A DNA stretch of 57,292 nt, filler included, from Jimgerdemannia flammicorona (Eukaryota), in assembly GCA_003990765.1 (NCBI GenBank). It is 3 parts of 3 records of this genome, joined end to end, with 100 filler letters (N's around TTAATTAATTAA, not from the genome) between each part and the next. Parts side by side here need not be neighbours in the genome. Positions count along the whole stretch, not along the records: positions 1 to 19,034 come from RBNJ01002044.1; positions 19,135 to 38,166 come from RBNJ01002045.1; 1 more part is not named here. One strand, given 5' to 3'. The position numbers were made by a program, and so were the translations under genes. The notes beneath the pieces were generated by a model, which was not told where the DNA came from, searched no databases, and saw nothing but the letters and a program-made list of their open reading frames with translations. Of the stretch, positions 13,270 to 26,419 are shown piece by piece. Position 1 is the first letter of the stretch; each line of letters begins with the position of its first letter.

Positions 13270-14708
13270 TATGTGGATGTTGTTGTATGGGCTATTTTCG
13301 TGAGAGCCGTGGCGAAGAGGGCAAATAGACGTTGCTCGCCTGCTAAGAGCTTTGCTGGAGAGACAAGAATTTTATCGCCAACCTAGTCGCTGACGCCAAG
13401 AGGCTTTGTATGCAATGCCAATGACGGAAAGAGCAAAGCGTTGTCTTTTTGATCGTCTCAGGATTAAAAAGGGTCCTCGCGTTGACGAATAAAAAAGATT
13501 TTCGACGCCCACGTTACATATTTTAAGTTGGATGGTTCGCATGCGTATTACTAATGTTTAAATGAGGATCCTCAAAACTAGCTGTCATGTGGCGTGGGAA
13601 TAAGATACGATGCCCTGTGCTTGAACAGAATGCCGCTTCGCCACATCCAAGACTTCTGAGAAATAATATCACGACCTGCAATTCCGCATCGTCTTCACTC
13701 AAAGGATGTCGTTGGCGTTCAGCTTATCGAATGCATATCATAGGCGTGCCTCGAAGCACTCCGGCGAATAAATGATAAAAAAAAGGGGATGCCAGTCCAT
13801 GATTTTGCCTTGGGAAAATCACTTCAAAGGGAGTATCGTGTGCACTGTGACTGCACCGGTCTGCCATGTGCTGGAAATTACACAAAAATCAACATGCATT
13901 GTCGAATCTAACCGTGTGGACGGTAGCCATATAACGTAATCGCACCCAACGAAAGAGTCAAACGGCCCAATCGCACTTGAAATCAACTTGAAGTTGGCCA
14001 ATCGCACTTGAAGCGCTAAACCCAAGTCATAGAAGCTGCGATTAGATGGAGAAAAAAGAAAACACAAGATCCTCTAAGGTTACATTCTCTCACCAACCAC
14101 ACATTATACCATTTCTCTGTAATCCAGATAATCAAATCGTTTGTTCAATACCAATACCAAAAGTCGATGTATTCCACGACTCACGGAAATGACACTGGAT
14201 TTGGTGAACATTATCACTCTGGTGTGTTTGGATGATATAGTTGATTACTGTCAAAAATGTCGACCATCACTGTTAAATACGTTATTATGCTTATGGCGAT
14301 CGTTCATGATAGGGATATTCCAAGGAACACAAAATTTGGCACTCGTCGACATATGTGACTGTCCATTGCGAGTGCGAAAAAGGCAATTTACGCTTTCTGT
14401 AAGAATAATGATGTGCGTGAGAAGCAGTTGGATGAAGGTCGTTGCGATAGGCTGTAAATAAAAGGAGGTCGTTTATGCTGTGGGACGAGTCTGCATGAAT
14501 CAGGAATTTATGAGTGGCACCGAACAAACCATCCAACCCAACAAGCTGCTAATATCCCACCATGTCAGAACTCGCTGATCATTCATTGCAGGGAGTTGGG
14601 CGCGTCCAGCAGCTAGAAATGAACGTTCCAGGATAATGGTATTTGAAAACTGATAGCTATACCGTTACATGGAGATATTGACATACATTGATGTAACATC
14701 CATTTTGG

Positions 14709-15850
14709 CTACTTAATTTCTTTCGCGAGTTCGACGTAATCTTTCCAGTCATCATCCGTCCATTCCACATTGGCCATTGCACCAGTTTCTCTGACCTCCC
14801 TAAAATGATCACCGATGTACGCCACACATACCTTGTGCAGGGATGGATACCTGTAGGCGAGCCCGAAGAGGATTTTGACGACGTTGTGAGCCATAAGGTT
14901 ATCGGCGATACAGTCCTCCATCGCATCCCTCAGTCCTTGCACATTGTACTTGTCGGCGATTTCGAAAAGGTTGGTGGCCTTAACCTTGGGGCACCCACGG
15001 AAGTCGAACGAGCTCGTGTACAGGTACCTCAGCATAATAAAAAAGACGTCATAATCGAAATCCGTGACCTCCACGACCATCCTTCCATTAAGGGTGCGAT
15101 CGACAGACTCCATACCAGTGCTGAAGAGGGCCGCGAAGGACTCGCTCCGGGTGGCGAGGGTTCCCATGTGCGCGTGTAGCTCCCGGTCACCGACGCGGAA
15201 GAGAACATCGTTGTGCGTCTGGTTTCCCAGGAGCGTAGAGACGGCGTCCAAGAGAGGATTAGGGGTCGGGACGGACATGGCGACATTTGGGATTTGTATA
15301 AGCACTTTCAGTAGGATGGGAGCTTCGTCGGTCTTGGCCGCATTGATCAGTTTTGATCGAAGCCTAAATTCTGGCCATCCTATAAATTGGAAAGGAATGT
15401 TACTACCACGTTTGGGGGGGGGGGAGGACCGCAACAAATGGAAATCTTACCTATATTTCTTTCTTGAGCTACAAAATCATGATATATACGGTATGGACCG
15501 ACAGCAACGTCTCCAACGTGAACGGAAACCTCGAACGTGACCTCTTTTCTAGCAAAGTATATCTGCTTGAATGTGTCGTTGTAAACGGCGTGCAAAAAGA
15601 GCGACACGTACTTGCTCGAAGTGCTTTCCGAATATCCAAACTGGATAGTACGCACAAAGTCAGACAGGACATAGCAATACAACGTTACAAAAAAAAAAAA
15701 ATGGTTCGGATAATCTACCGGGTAGAAAGCCAAGCACCATGGGTGTCTCTCGCTTGTCCAAAAGTAATCGCTAGTATATTTTTGGGGCTTCAACTTCCTG
15801 AAACCGTCAAGCTTCCATTCGAATGTGATACTGCGAACTTCGACGGGCAT
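14709..15850 (-). CDS. MATH-BTB (SPOP-like) protein, about 330 aa, 3 exons
   Basis: Exons 15850-15719, 15640-15451 and 15379-14709 splice in frame. MATH motifs TFEWKLDGF, WCLAFYP, YVSLFL and GWPEF. BTB motifs DVLFRVGDRELHAHMGTLATRSESFAALF, FFIMLRYLYT and ADKYNVQGLR. Confidence 0.9.
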
Positions 15851-16310
15851 TTGTAGATGTAGTGTTTAGCTTTTCAGGGTCTTGTGAAAGAGCTGGTAGT
15901 TGGGCTGGTAGTTAAAGCTGTTTTTTTATGAGCACTCAAAGGACAAATGATGCAACACTAATTTACGATGTCATCCAAAGCACGCGTTTTCAGGTTGGAT
16001 GTACGATACCTTTCGGAATAAATACAACGACGTGTACCCTACCCTCTTTATCAAGCTCACCCTACCTCGAGGATCTTGACACGCGCGTCGCGAATAACTC
16101 CAGCAAGTAGACGAGAGTATCAGAAACATTCTGATTATCCAGTTTACAACGTGCAGTGATAAATTGATTACAATTTCTGCATAATGGGTCGGCCTTCAAC
16201 GCGAAGACAGTGGTTCAACATTTAATCCGTTCGCGACATAGAAATTCCAGCAATGCCCACCGTGCCCTTGTAAACCTTCTCGACCAGTAGTTCGTTGATG
16301 GGATCGGGGA

Positions 16311-16354
<44 letters not shown>

Positions 16355-16552
16355 GATCGTCAATTGGAAAGGTAGTAAAAGGGGGGAGCCGGTTGGTTGG
16401 GGGTCCTGTATGGTTGCTGAATGGGACAAATCTCTGCTTGACGTATAGTTTCTTAAATTAAAAATTACCGTGACAAATGCCAAAATACTTTAGCTCGTTT
16501 ATTAAACATGACGTGTTGGTATTCTTAATAACTATTATATAATTAATATGTA

Positions 16553-17870
16553 CAGTTTACCCTCCCTAAGTGTGCGCTCTCTAAGTACACACTCTCTCTA
16601 AGTGCACGCTCAGGCTCAGTCCCAAGCTTGGACCTATAGTTCCAGTCCCATTATATGAAAGTATCACTCTATAAATACACACCATATATATTTTTGCTAT
16701 GCTCACTATAGATACTTTATAATAAACAACTATCCGATATATTCTACTATTATCCATATAACTATTTAGTATTTCAATAATGTCTTATTAATTTCTGATA
16801 TTTATACTACTTATCAGATTACTCTGCTCCAACTCTTGAATAATAATTTCTGACATTCATACTATCTGTATTTATACTTGCTGCACTTACTGTACTTATT
16901 ATACTTATTATACTATTGTACTTACTGTACTTACTGTATATACTGTGCTTATTGTGCTTACTATACTTACTGTATTTACTATATTTACTATACTTATTAC
17001 ACTTATTATATTTATTACTATATATATATTTATTATTAATAAATACTGTATGTATTATTATACTGTTGTACTTATTATATTTATTATTCTTAGTTGTACT
17101 TACTGTACTTACTGTACTTACTATACTTGCTATACTTGCTTACTTGCTATACTTATTGTACTTACTGTACTCTTACTATATTTACTATAATTACTATAGC
17201 TTTATAATAATAATAATAATAATATATAAATAAATAAGAAAATAAACTTCATTATTTAATAAACTTTTCCAATATATCTCTTAAAAAAATTATTCTTATT
17301 AATATATAAAAGTATACTTTTTATATATATATTCATAATAATAAAAAGACTCAGAGTCAATATATAAACTAGATTAAAGAATAATGAAATATTAGAGTTG
17401 ATAAAAGTACAATCTTATATATCTTAAAAATAATTGAAAAGTAACTCAATACTAAAGTTCTAAATATAGAAGTAAAGTAATATAGATTTATTATAGTTAT
17501 AGAAATTAAACTTATTTTTAAGAAATTTATATTAAATTATCAGTAATGAATAATTCTAAATAATATTATACTTATTGAGAAAGCTAAATTACTTACTAAT
17601 AGCTTTAGAATTCTTTAAGATACAATGTAATTCTCTATTAGTTAACTTCAAAAATTCAAGAAATATAATAGTATCTACTAGTAGAAACTTTAAAGAGAAA
17701 CTGCATTAGCTAATTAGGCTATTATTATTACTGCTCTACTATTATTAAATATATATATATACTAATTATTCTCTTAAAAGAATTTAAATATGGATAAAAC
17801 TAGACTCTTTTATTAATAAGAATTATCTTTCTATTATATTCTAATTTAATATTAGTCCTAAAGTCTATTT
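16553..17870 (+). mobile_element. Degenerate pogo/Tigger (Tc1/mariner superfamily) DNA transposon, 3'-truncated
   Basis: TA|CAGTTTACCCTC end with repeated CTAAGTG submotifs. Hypermutated CENP-B-like transposase: VDKSTILYILK (HTH), LIEKAK..FSIS*LQKFKKYNSI..KL*RE (cf. FSxGWLxxFKxRxGI..LHGE) and NMDKTRLFY (cf. NMDETGLFY). Confidence 0.8.
16860..17230. repeat. Low-complexity 9-bp minisatellite (TACTTACTG-like) inside the pogo element
   Basis: Direct reading of the sequence. It explains the spurious LYL-rich ORFs 16916-17233 and 16945-17190. Confidence 0.85.
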
Positions 17871-18075
17871 TATTCATCTTATCTATTTTATTTATTTTAT
17901 TTATCTTGTCTATAGTTAATCTTATCTATTTTGTCTATCTTATCTATCTTATTTATTTTATTTATTTTATCTATTTTATCTATTTTATCTATCTTATCTA
18001 TTTTATTTATTTTATTTATATTATCTATTTTATCCATCTCATCTATCTCATCTATCTTATCTATTTTTTATTTTA
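17870..18075. repeat. 9-bp minisatellite (TCTATTTTA-like), probable 3' tail of the adjacent minus-strand LINE
   Basis: On the - strand it begins shortly after the LINE AATAAA signal and is A-rich (ATAAAATAG)n. Confidence 0.7.
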
Positions 18076-18657
18076 CAGACTCTATGTTCCACAGATTTTT
18101 ATTGGAAGAGAACCTAGACTATATAGGCCAAAACTCTCCCCCACCACCCATCAAGCACTGCCCCCCCATTAACCTAGGCTAGCTATTGTCCAGCAGCTCG
18201 ACCATACCAGGCACAATAGGGCAAAGTAGCCTGTACCTCATTTTGCGCACTATGCTCTCCCTACCACCAGGGGAAATCCAGCCATATGCCAACGACCGAA
18301 AGTATATACTCAGGAACCCAATATATATACAAAGCCATACCCAAGCCAAATAGAATAGCCCCTGCTGCTCCAAAGAGAATGACAGGTAAAGAAAAAACTC
18401 TCATCAAAGTACAATATGGTGGGTAGGGCCTGGTTCTCCCAGTTGAGATGAGTAGAGAACTTACACATGAGGTAGGAGGAGATCTCCAATACCCCACTAC
18501 TCAAGCCTACAGGTCTTGATCACATTACCATGTCAGCTCCCAGTTCTAGTTAAGTGCAGCCAAGACACCTAAAATGGGTAGCCTTGGGCCCCCTGATCCC
18601 CCCAGATGACCGGGGCCCAACTCCATGAATCACCAAAAGAAGCCGAGAGTAGTGCTC
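18076..18657 (-). mobile_element. LINE 3'-end fragment, inverted copy of 56797-57292
   Basis: The reverse complement aligns by eye to the window end (…CCTAGGTTAATGGGGGG…GCCTATATAGTCTAGGTT…CCAATAAAAATC). Includes a KATHFRCLG remnant resembling the RT YLG motif. Confidence 0.8.
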
Positions 18658-18791
18658 TGAACGAGTCAATCCAGATGGGATTTGGATGGATTCGAATTGA
18701 ATTCGAATCGGATTCGAATCAACCATTGTTTTGATTTCCAAATTAGACAATTAAATGTTTACATCAATAACTTGATGAATAATCATTCAAA

Positions 18792-19034
18792 TTTGATGAT
18801 CTTGGTGTCATTTGAAAGCCCTTAATAAGGCCTTTCTAATGATACCAAGAACATTAAAATCGGATTACGTGTTGCCGAGATATTAAGGAAACCGTTCCAT
18901 TTGACGAAATTTCCAAAATCGGCGATTCAGACGTTTTCCTTCATAACTCAGCAACGCATGATCCGATTTCAATGTTCTTGGTATCATTAGATAGGCTTTA
19001 TTAAGGGCTTTCAAATGACACCAAGATCATCAAA
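18792..19034. repeat. Foldback: 103-bp inverted repeat arms (18792-18894 / 18932-19034), each containing an internal palindrome
   Basis: Arm 1 TTTGATGATCTTGGTGTCATTTGAAAGCCCTTAATAAG… is the reverse complement of arm 2 with few mismatches. Preceded by TTCGAAT repeats (18680-18720) and abuts a gap. Confidence 0.9.
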
Positions 19035-19134
19035 NNNNNNNNNNNNNNNNNNNNNNNNNNNNNNNNNNNNNNNNNNNNTTAATTAATTAANNNNNNNNNN
19101 NNNNNNNNNNNNNNNNNNNNNNNNNNNNNNNNNN
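19035..19134. other. Scaffold gap (100 nt) with TTAATTAATTAA six-frame-stop spacer
   Basis: N-run with a central TTAATTAATTAA, identical in design to the second gap. Confidence 0.98.
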
Positions 19135-20300
19135 TCTACACTCATTTATTCCAAACATAGTTACATAGTGAACAGCAGGAAAACCTCCCCCAGATTACCT
19201 GACAAGAAAGTAAGTGGGGTCAGGCCCTGAGAAGAGTAGCCTTGGGCTACCCGACACCTAATCTTAGCAAAACCAAGGTGGCCGGGGCCTGGTTCTCTCT
19301 GCCCTGAGCCACTCCCACCCCCCCCTCCTTACCAATAACAATGCACCACCAAGGCCACAACCAGCCCCCTCATACAAATAATATATACAATGAAGAGAAA
19401 TGAAATGGTATGCAGGCCTGATAAACCCCAACCATGAGTTACTCCACCCCACCTTAGCTGCCCAGTGCCAACCTACATACTTAATGAATGGGTCTGCCAT
19501 CTGACCGCCGCTCTCCCTGCCCAACTCTGAGTCAGAAGTCACCATCTGGCTTGTGATACCAGCACCTCAAGTGATACCACCATCATACCTGGTCTTACCC
19601 CAAAGGGCCACTGGACGCGACCCCAGTACCTTGAGTACCCCTGCAGCATGCATCTGGCCTACCTGCTCCTCCCTCCCCAAAGTGGCGAAGTAGTTACCTG
19701 CTGATTTCCCTGCTGATCATCACACCATCGCTGGCCAATCACCTGGCCCGATCGTCACTGCTATCTTGAATTGCACCATCCTGCATCTACCAATCACTAG
19801 TTGCCATCACCATATGTGTCAAGATCACCTCATCCACCTTTAGCCAATCATCAGCTGCACCTTCTGAAATTCTCTGAGCCCCTTCCGAAATCCCCTGGTA
19901 CACCTCTACACCTTGAGGATGCAGTGAAAGTCCCCCCCCTGAGTGAAGAAAGCCTAAGGGCCTGATCCACGTCCCCCAGCCTGCCAGAGCATGCTAGTGA
20001 ATTGGATGCTCACCACAAAGCCGGCCATGTCGCCGGATGTAAGACTCCACATCTCCTTGAGAACTTGCCAGTGGCTCCCAGAGCCTGCCTCACACCATCT
20101 GGCCCACAAAATGATGAAACCCTTGAATTCTTGAAAACTGTAGCCTTGAGGTTGGGGCAACTTGACACCATTGGACTCCTCTTCTCTCGCCGCTTCTGGC
20201 ACACCCAACCTCAGGGCACTGATGGCCCCCCTTCCCCTGCACCATAGGGATCCAATTTCCACCCAGACCTTTTGACCAGTATGGTTCAAGAGAAAGAAGT
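19135..20300 (-). mobile_element. Degenerate LINE-like fragments (minus strand)
   Basis: CpG-poor and G-rich on the - strand like the other LINEs; AATAAA near 19150 on -. No intact diagnostic motif. Confidence 0.45.
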
Positions 20301-20309
20301 CCCACCTTT

Positions 20310-23300
20310 AGCAATTACTTTAAACTAGAATACTATAAGAAGAACTACTTTAAGAACTGTTACAAGAACAAACTCAAAGCAGTTAGCTCAGTATCAATAA
20401 ATCTAGATGCTATAAATAAGAAAAATAAAAACTTACCCCAGAAGAGAAAGACTATCTAAAAAAATCTAGAGCTTATTTCTTCTGCTACCAAACAGGATAT
20501 ATGTATTATAACTAAATGTCCTAAGAAGACCAGTGAACTTTTAAGACTAGTCACCATATTATCTAAAGATATATCTATCAATCTCATTATCTATCAATCT
20601 GAACTCAAGATCAAGCTTTATCTGAAGGCCCAGATTCCTCAATATCAATTAGAAGAAGCTATTGGGCTTAACCTACACTCTGTCAAACAAGTCACTTTTT
20701 CAGCCAAAGGTCAAACTCTGGTGTCTACTGGAATTATAGTCCAATGTTCTGAAGGATATTATATCAGAATTGTACTGTAATCAGAACTTAGTATCAAATA
20801 TCACTTAGATGTTAGTGCTGATATCATTGATCCAGACTATCAAGAATAAGTTCAAGTCTTACTTATCAACCAGAAGGATCAAAACTACACAGTTAAGAAA
20901 GAAGACCAAGTCATATAAATGATTCTAGAAAAAGCAAGTCAACCTAAGGTTATAGAAGTTCAAGAACTATCTGAAACTAAGCAAGATGAAAAAGATTTTG
21001 ATAATACTGATTAAGCAGCAAGTCTTACCAAAAATCAAGCTCAAGCAATATTTATTTTCAAAGATCTAGTTAAAGAAAAAGAAGTTTAGGTTCTTATAGA
21101 TAGTAGAGCTATAGGAAACATCATTAACCAGAATCTCATCAATAATCTCAAGATTCTTATCAAGCCTGTACTCAAGAATGATATATACTATAGATAGTAT
21201 ATTACATCTTAGAGTCAATTGCTTCAAGATCCAGAAATATTAGAAATAAGTAGACTTCAAGATCATATCACTAAGAGATCATAATTTATTTTTAGAAAAA
21301 CTCTGACTTATGAAACACAATCTGAATATTAATTAGTATAAGAATGAAGTTACTCTACTTTAAGAAGTCAATATTACTATCAAGACAGACAAGTCTGTAA
21401 ATAAGACCCCAGTTATAATATTGTCAGTAATATAGAATAAGAAAGCACTTAAGAAGGAAGTATATATCTTTGTTACAATAGTCCAATCTAAGAAATAAGA
21501 CAAGAAGCTGTCAATCAATGAAAGTATTAAGTTATTGCTTAAAGAATTCAAGAATGTCTTCTCAGACAAGCTATCTGGTCTACCATCTATATAAGAAGTT
21601 GATCATAAAATCAAACTGACTCCAAGAGCTATACTATTTAAGAAATATATATACTATATATCATCTCAATTGAAGTAATCAAAAAAGAACTAAAAAAACT
21701 ACTTGTACAAGGAACTATTCAACCAAATAAGTCCCCCTATGACTCACTAGTCCTATTTGTCAAGAAGAAGAATAGTACTCTATAAACTACTATATACTCA
21801 ATAAGCTTATATTTAAGAACTAATATCTGCTATCCTTAATTGATTAAATCTTTGATACTCTCAAGAATGCTAAGTACTTCACCAAGTTAGACCTTATTTC
21901 AGATTACTACTAAATCTGAATTAAGTCAGAAGATTATATTTATAACTTTCTTTAGACTTTACAAATTTCTAATCCTAGCATTTGGTCTTATCAATATATC
22001 TGCTATATTCTAGACTCTCATGAATAAGATATTCAAGAACCAATTATTCATCTTCTTATTGATATATCTTAATAATGTTCTAATTTTTAATATAACTAAA
22101 GAAGAGTATCTCAAGTATATCTAAATAGTTCTGAAGATATTATAAAAACACAAGCTTTATACAAAGCTTAAGAAGTGTGAATTCTTTAAAGAACAAGTTA
22201 AATATCTTGACAACATTATCTCTACACAAGGAATTCATGTAAATCTATATAAGATAGAGGTAATTCAAGAATAATCTATACTATTGAACTATATAGAACT
22301 CCAGTCTTTTCTTGGTCTAGCTGGCTATTACTATTACTTTGTCAGAAACTTCTTTAGTATTACTGAGCTAATGACTAATCTTATAAGGAAGACACCTCAC
22401 TCAGATTACTATATATTCTACATCTAGGACCTCTTCTATCAACAAGTCTTCTAAGAACTCAAGAACTGCTTAACCTATACTCCAGTTCTGTATAATGCAG
22501 ATCTAAGTCTAAAATTTACTATCACTACTAATATATTAAATTTTACCATTAGAGCAGTTCTGTTATAAGATAATGACAAAGAATATTATTCTATTGCCTT
22601 CAAGTTGACTCTAGCTGAATAAAAGCTATCTACTTATAAGAAGGAGCTATGGCAATGATACATATACTAGACCACTGATGATACTATCTAGAAGATATTG
22701 AGATTGATATTATTACTGACTATCAAGTACTCAAGTATATCAATATCTAATCTACTCTATTATATTTATAAGTCAAGTAGAGTCTCAAGCTTCAAACCTT
22801 CAATCCAATGATCATTTATAAGTCAGATAAAATACTTATAATATAAGATATCTTATTTAGATACCTAGACCTCATTATAATTATATAGGTTATCTTGGTA
22901 TCTGAATTTCTAGATCAAATCAGATAAGTCTATTAAGAAGGCACTATTACTACTAGAGTTTTCTCAAATGAGCTCAAGGATATATATATATATCATTGAG
23001 GACAACCTGATCTACCATCAAGACAAAATCTATCTATCTGATAATATAAATCTCTACTATAAGATACTGTAAGAATACTATGACTCTTTACTTACTAGTT
23101 ATCTGAAATTGAGAAAATAGTTAAAAATATCTAGCATCACTACTATTGACCAAGTATGGTCAAAGAAATTAAGAACTATATTACTAGCTATAACCTCTAT
23201 TAGTACAACAAGTCTACCAACTAAGTACTAGCAGGTTTGCTACAACTACTATCAATTCTGATTAAGAAATTTAAGTAAGTTATAATAAACTTTGTAACTC

Positions 23301-23440
23301 AGCTACTATAAACTCAATATGATACTAATACTATTATCATAATTGTTTTAATCATCAGATTAAAACAATAATTGCTAAACCAACTACTACTAATACTATT
23401 ATATCTGAGATTGTAAGAATCTACTTCAAGTCTATATACT
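20310..23440 (+). mobile_element. Degenerate Ty3/gypsy internal region: zinc knuckle - dUTPase - protease - RT - RNase H - partial integrase
   Basis: Zinc-knuckle remnant about 20470-20525. dUTPase about 20600-21012 (VSTGIIVQCSEGYY, IIDPDYQE*VQVLL, ELSETKQDEKDFDNTD). Protease VLIDSRAIGN about 21090. RT VLFVKKKN, YFTKLDL..Y, IYLNNVLIF (cf. YLDDILI). RNase H TTNILNFTIRAVL, YKKEL. Integrase AGLLQLLSI. Many stops. Confidence 0.9.
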
Positions 23441-26200
23441 ATTGATCAAATACTAAATATTATATAATATCTTAGTAGAGGTATCCTAATGTTCAAAGTT
23501 AACTTAGTAAATATCTTCTACTATATTCTGATATATTAGAGAATTAGAAACTACTAAGCTTTTACTAGTATAGTTTTATCTATTTTAACTAATTTCTTCT
23601 CTTTAAACTATTTTTATCTCTATTTTTCTTTAATATCTTTAATAATATATAGCTTTTTAAATATTATAGTCTAAATATTATTATTTAGTATATATATTGA
23701 TGATATCTTTAAGGTCTACTATTTATATTAAGCTGAATACTACTCTATCTTCTTCTTTCTATCTGCTATACTATTAGATTTTTAGTATAAGATAATAAAG
23801 TTAACATTCTCTCTATCTGTCTTTTGGTTTTAAATATTGAGATCAATATATCAATTATAGAGACATATTTTTCTAAGAGTAAGATCTTATCTATTCTTAT
23901 AACAATTACTAGCCTTATCTCTTAGTTAATCATAATTTAGATAACTACTACCAAATAAGAAATATTTTCTCTTATTAGATTTCTTCTCTTTACTTGTAGA
24001 TTATTCTACATATAAGACCAATCTTTTCTTTATCATTTTGTCAATATTTCATCTTCTGTCTCTTATTCTGATCACTATATTAACTTGATTACTAATTTTA
24101 TTACTAACTTATATTAGCAGTTATAATTTCTCATATTATAGAATAGAGTTATAAATATTGCTCTAGAGGAAGAGGTTATCAATAATCAGTTTTAGACTAA
24201 TACTAGTAGCATCTATAACTTTGTAATATTTTTCAATAGAGTATAGTTCTCTATCTTTTAGTTTATAGATTTTCTTCTCAAAGATATCTAATTTAAATAA
24301 TTATATACTATTATCTTTACTATGGCTATTTGAGATCTCTATTGATAGTTCTGTTATATTAATATCTATATTGACAATTAGACTATAATGTTCTGCATCA
24401 ACTCTAATATCTTTATAATCTGAATCTCCTTAAACTCCTTTACCGCCTTCTCTTTCTAGAGATTTTATACTTGTTATAAATATAGATATCATTTATTCTC
24501 TCTTATTTCAATACTATTACTAATATATTATCTCATCTTGATCTCTTATATATAGTTTTACTCTCTCATCTTTTATATTGATCAGACTTCAATAATATTA
24601 GACTCTCTTTCTATCTCTATAGTCTTCTGCTCCTTATTGCATTCTTCCTATAGTTCAGTCTAACAGACTTTATATATTAATTATATTTAACTGACTAATG
24701 TAACTTTCATGAATTCTATACTATTAGTAATCTCTATAACTGAGATAGTTCTATTCTACCAGCTTCTAAATAATATCTCAATCAGTAAGTATATACTTTG
24801 ACTCTATAATATCTCTACCTAGCTACTATTAAATTATACCCATCTACTATTTACTTGCTTTATATCAATGCCAGCCTTCCAGATCCTTTAGAAGACTTGC
24901 TTTAGCTTCTGTAAGTTCTTCAGAACATCAAATATTAGATTAAAGGATCAACTCTATAATTATACCTCTCTATCTCTATCTCTATATTATTACAAATTTT
25001 TTTTCTCTTGAATATTACTACTAAAAACCATCTCAATTTTGCAGTGATCATTATATTGATATATTATAAATTTCTTCATTCTGATAAATTCATATAGAGA
25101 CTAATGATATTTGAGTCTAATATCAATCTCTCTCAAATTTACCTCTAATTCATTTTAATTCAAAATATTCTAATTAAATTAAGAGTTAATTTGATTTGAT
25201 TCAATTTGAATTGAGGCTCAATTCAATTCAATTCAAATTAATTATGGTCTAATTTAATTTAAAGTTTAATTTGAATCTAATTTTTTCAAAATTCAAAGCT
25301 TTATCAAAATATATTTAAATATAATAAATTTTTACTTATTTATTATATCTTATAATAGAGAATTTAGTATATATAATAAAGAATATTAAATTTGGACATA
25401 TTTTTATTGAGTTATTATATTTTTAATTAGAAATAAATATTTCAAATCAATTAGACCTTAATTTAATTTAAATTCAATTCAATTCAAATTTGATTCAAAT
25501 TCAAAAATCTCAAATTTAATTTGATTTAATTCAAATTGATTTGATTCAAATTGATTTGATTTATTTGGGAGTATTAATATAGTTTATATCTTTAGTATAT
25601 AATTCTATCTATATTATATTAGTCATTCCTTCCTCTAAAATAGACCCTTTTTACAAAGAAACTACTCTTTATATTACTATAGCATCTCATATACTATTCT
25701 CCTTCTCTAAGCCCTCTTTTTCTTCTTTTTTATCTCTCTTATCTTATTCTCTACTCTCTTGAGCATAGTTTCTTTTAGATCTATGATCTCTTTTTATAGT
25801 TATCAGGCTTCAAGCATCTACCTTTACCAGATATAACTTTTATATTAGAGCTATTTCTGATGCTATTGAGGCTAGATTTTCAGACTATGAGATTAAAATT
25901 CTTGAGTAATAATCTAGTGATATCTAATAACTATATATTTGAATGTCTATCTCTTATATCCTCTTCTTGATGATGATACTGACCTCTCATAATATGACTA
26001 GATATACTATGTGATCATATAAATTACCACCATCACATCAGCTATCTATATAGAAACTTTTACTATAATTACTTACATAGGATCTGCTTTTATACTACGT
26101 TTCAAGATTGTAAGACAGTGAAGTTTCCAATACTATAGTTTGGTATACCCATGATACAAAATCCTATAACTATGATAACCTGAGTCCTGTGACTGTAATA
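23440..26200. mobile_element. Highly AT-shifted relic TE sequence, class unresolved; ATTCAA/TTTGAA arrays at about 25100-25560
   Basis: Essentially CpG-free and TpA-rich. The ATTCAA arrays look like C>T-mutated versions of the TTCGAAT arrays at 18680-18720. Confidence 0.55.
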
Positions 26201-26336
26201 GTGCATATGCCCAATATACAAATATATATTCATTTAATTTATTATTCATGAAGGGATGGGAGGGTGGGGTTCAGAGTAGTAAGATGGGGATTTAGAATTT
26301 TGTGACATGTCAAAACTGATCAGAACATCAGAACAA

Positions 26337-26372
<36 letters not shown>

Positions 26373-26419
26373 GACCAGAACACCAGTACAAACTTGTAAG
26401 ATGCAAATATATATATTAA

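Noticed and set aside
16916..18182. Hydrophobic LYL/ILS-rich ORFs resembling membrane proteins
   Set aside because: Translations of 9-bp AT-rich minisatellites.
19079..19090. TTAATTAATTAA inside the N-runs (also 38211-38222)
   Set aside because: Artificial six-frame stop linker added at scaffolding, not biological.
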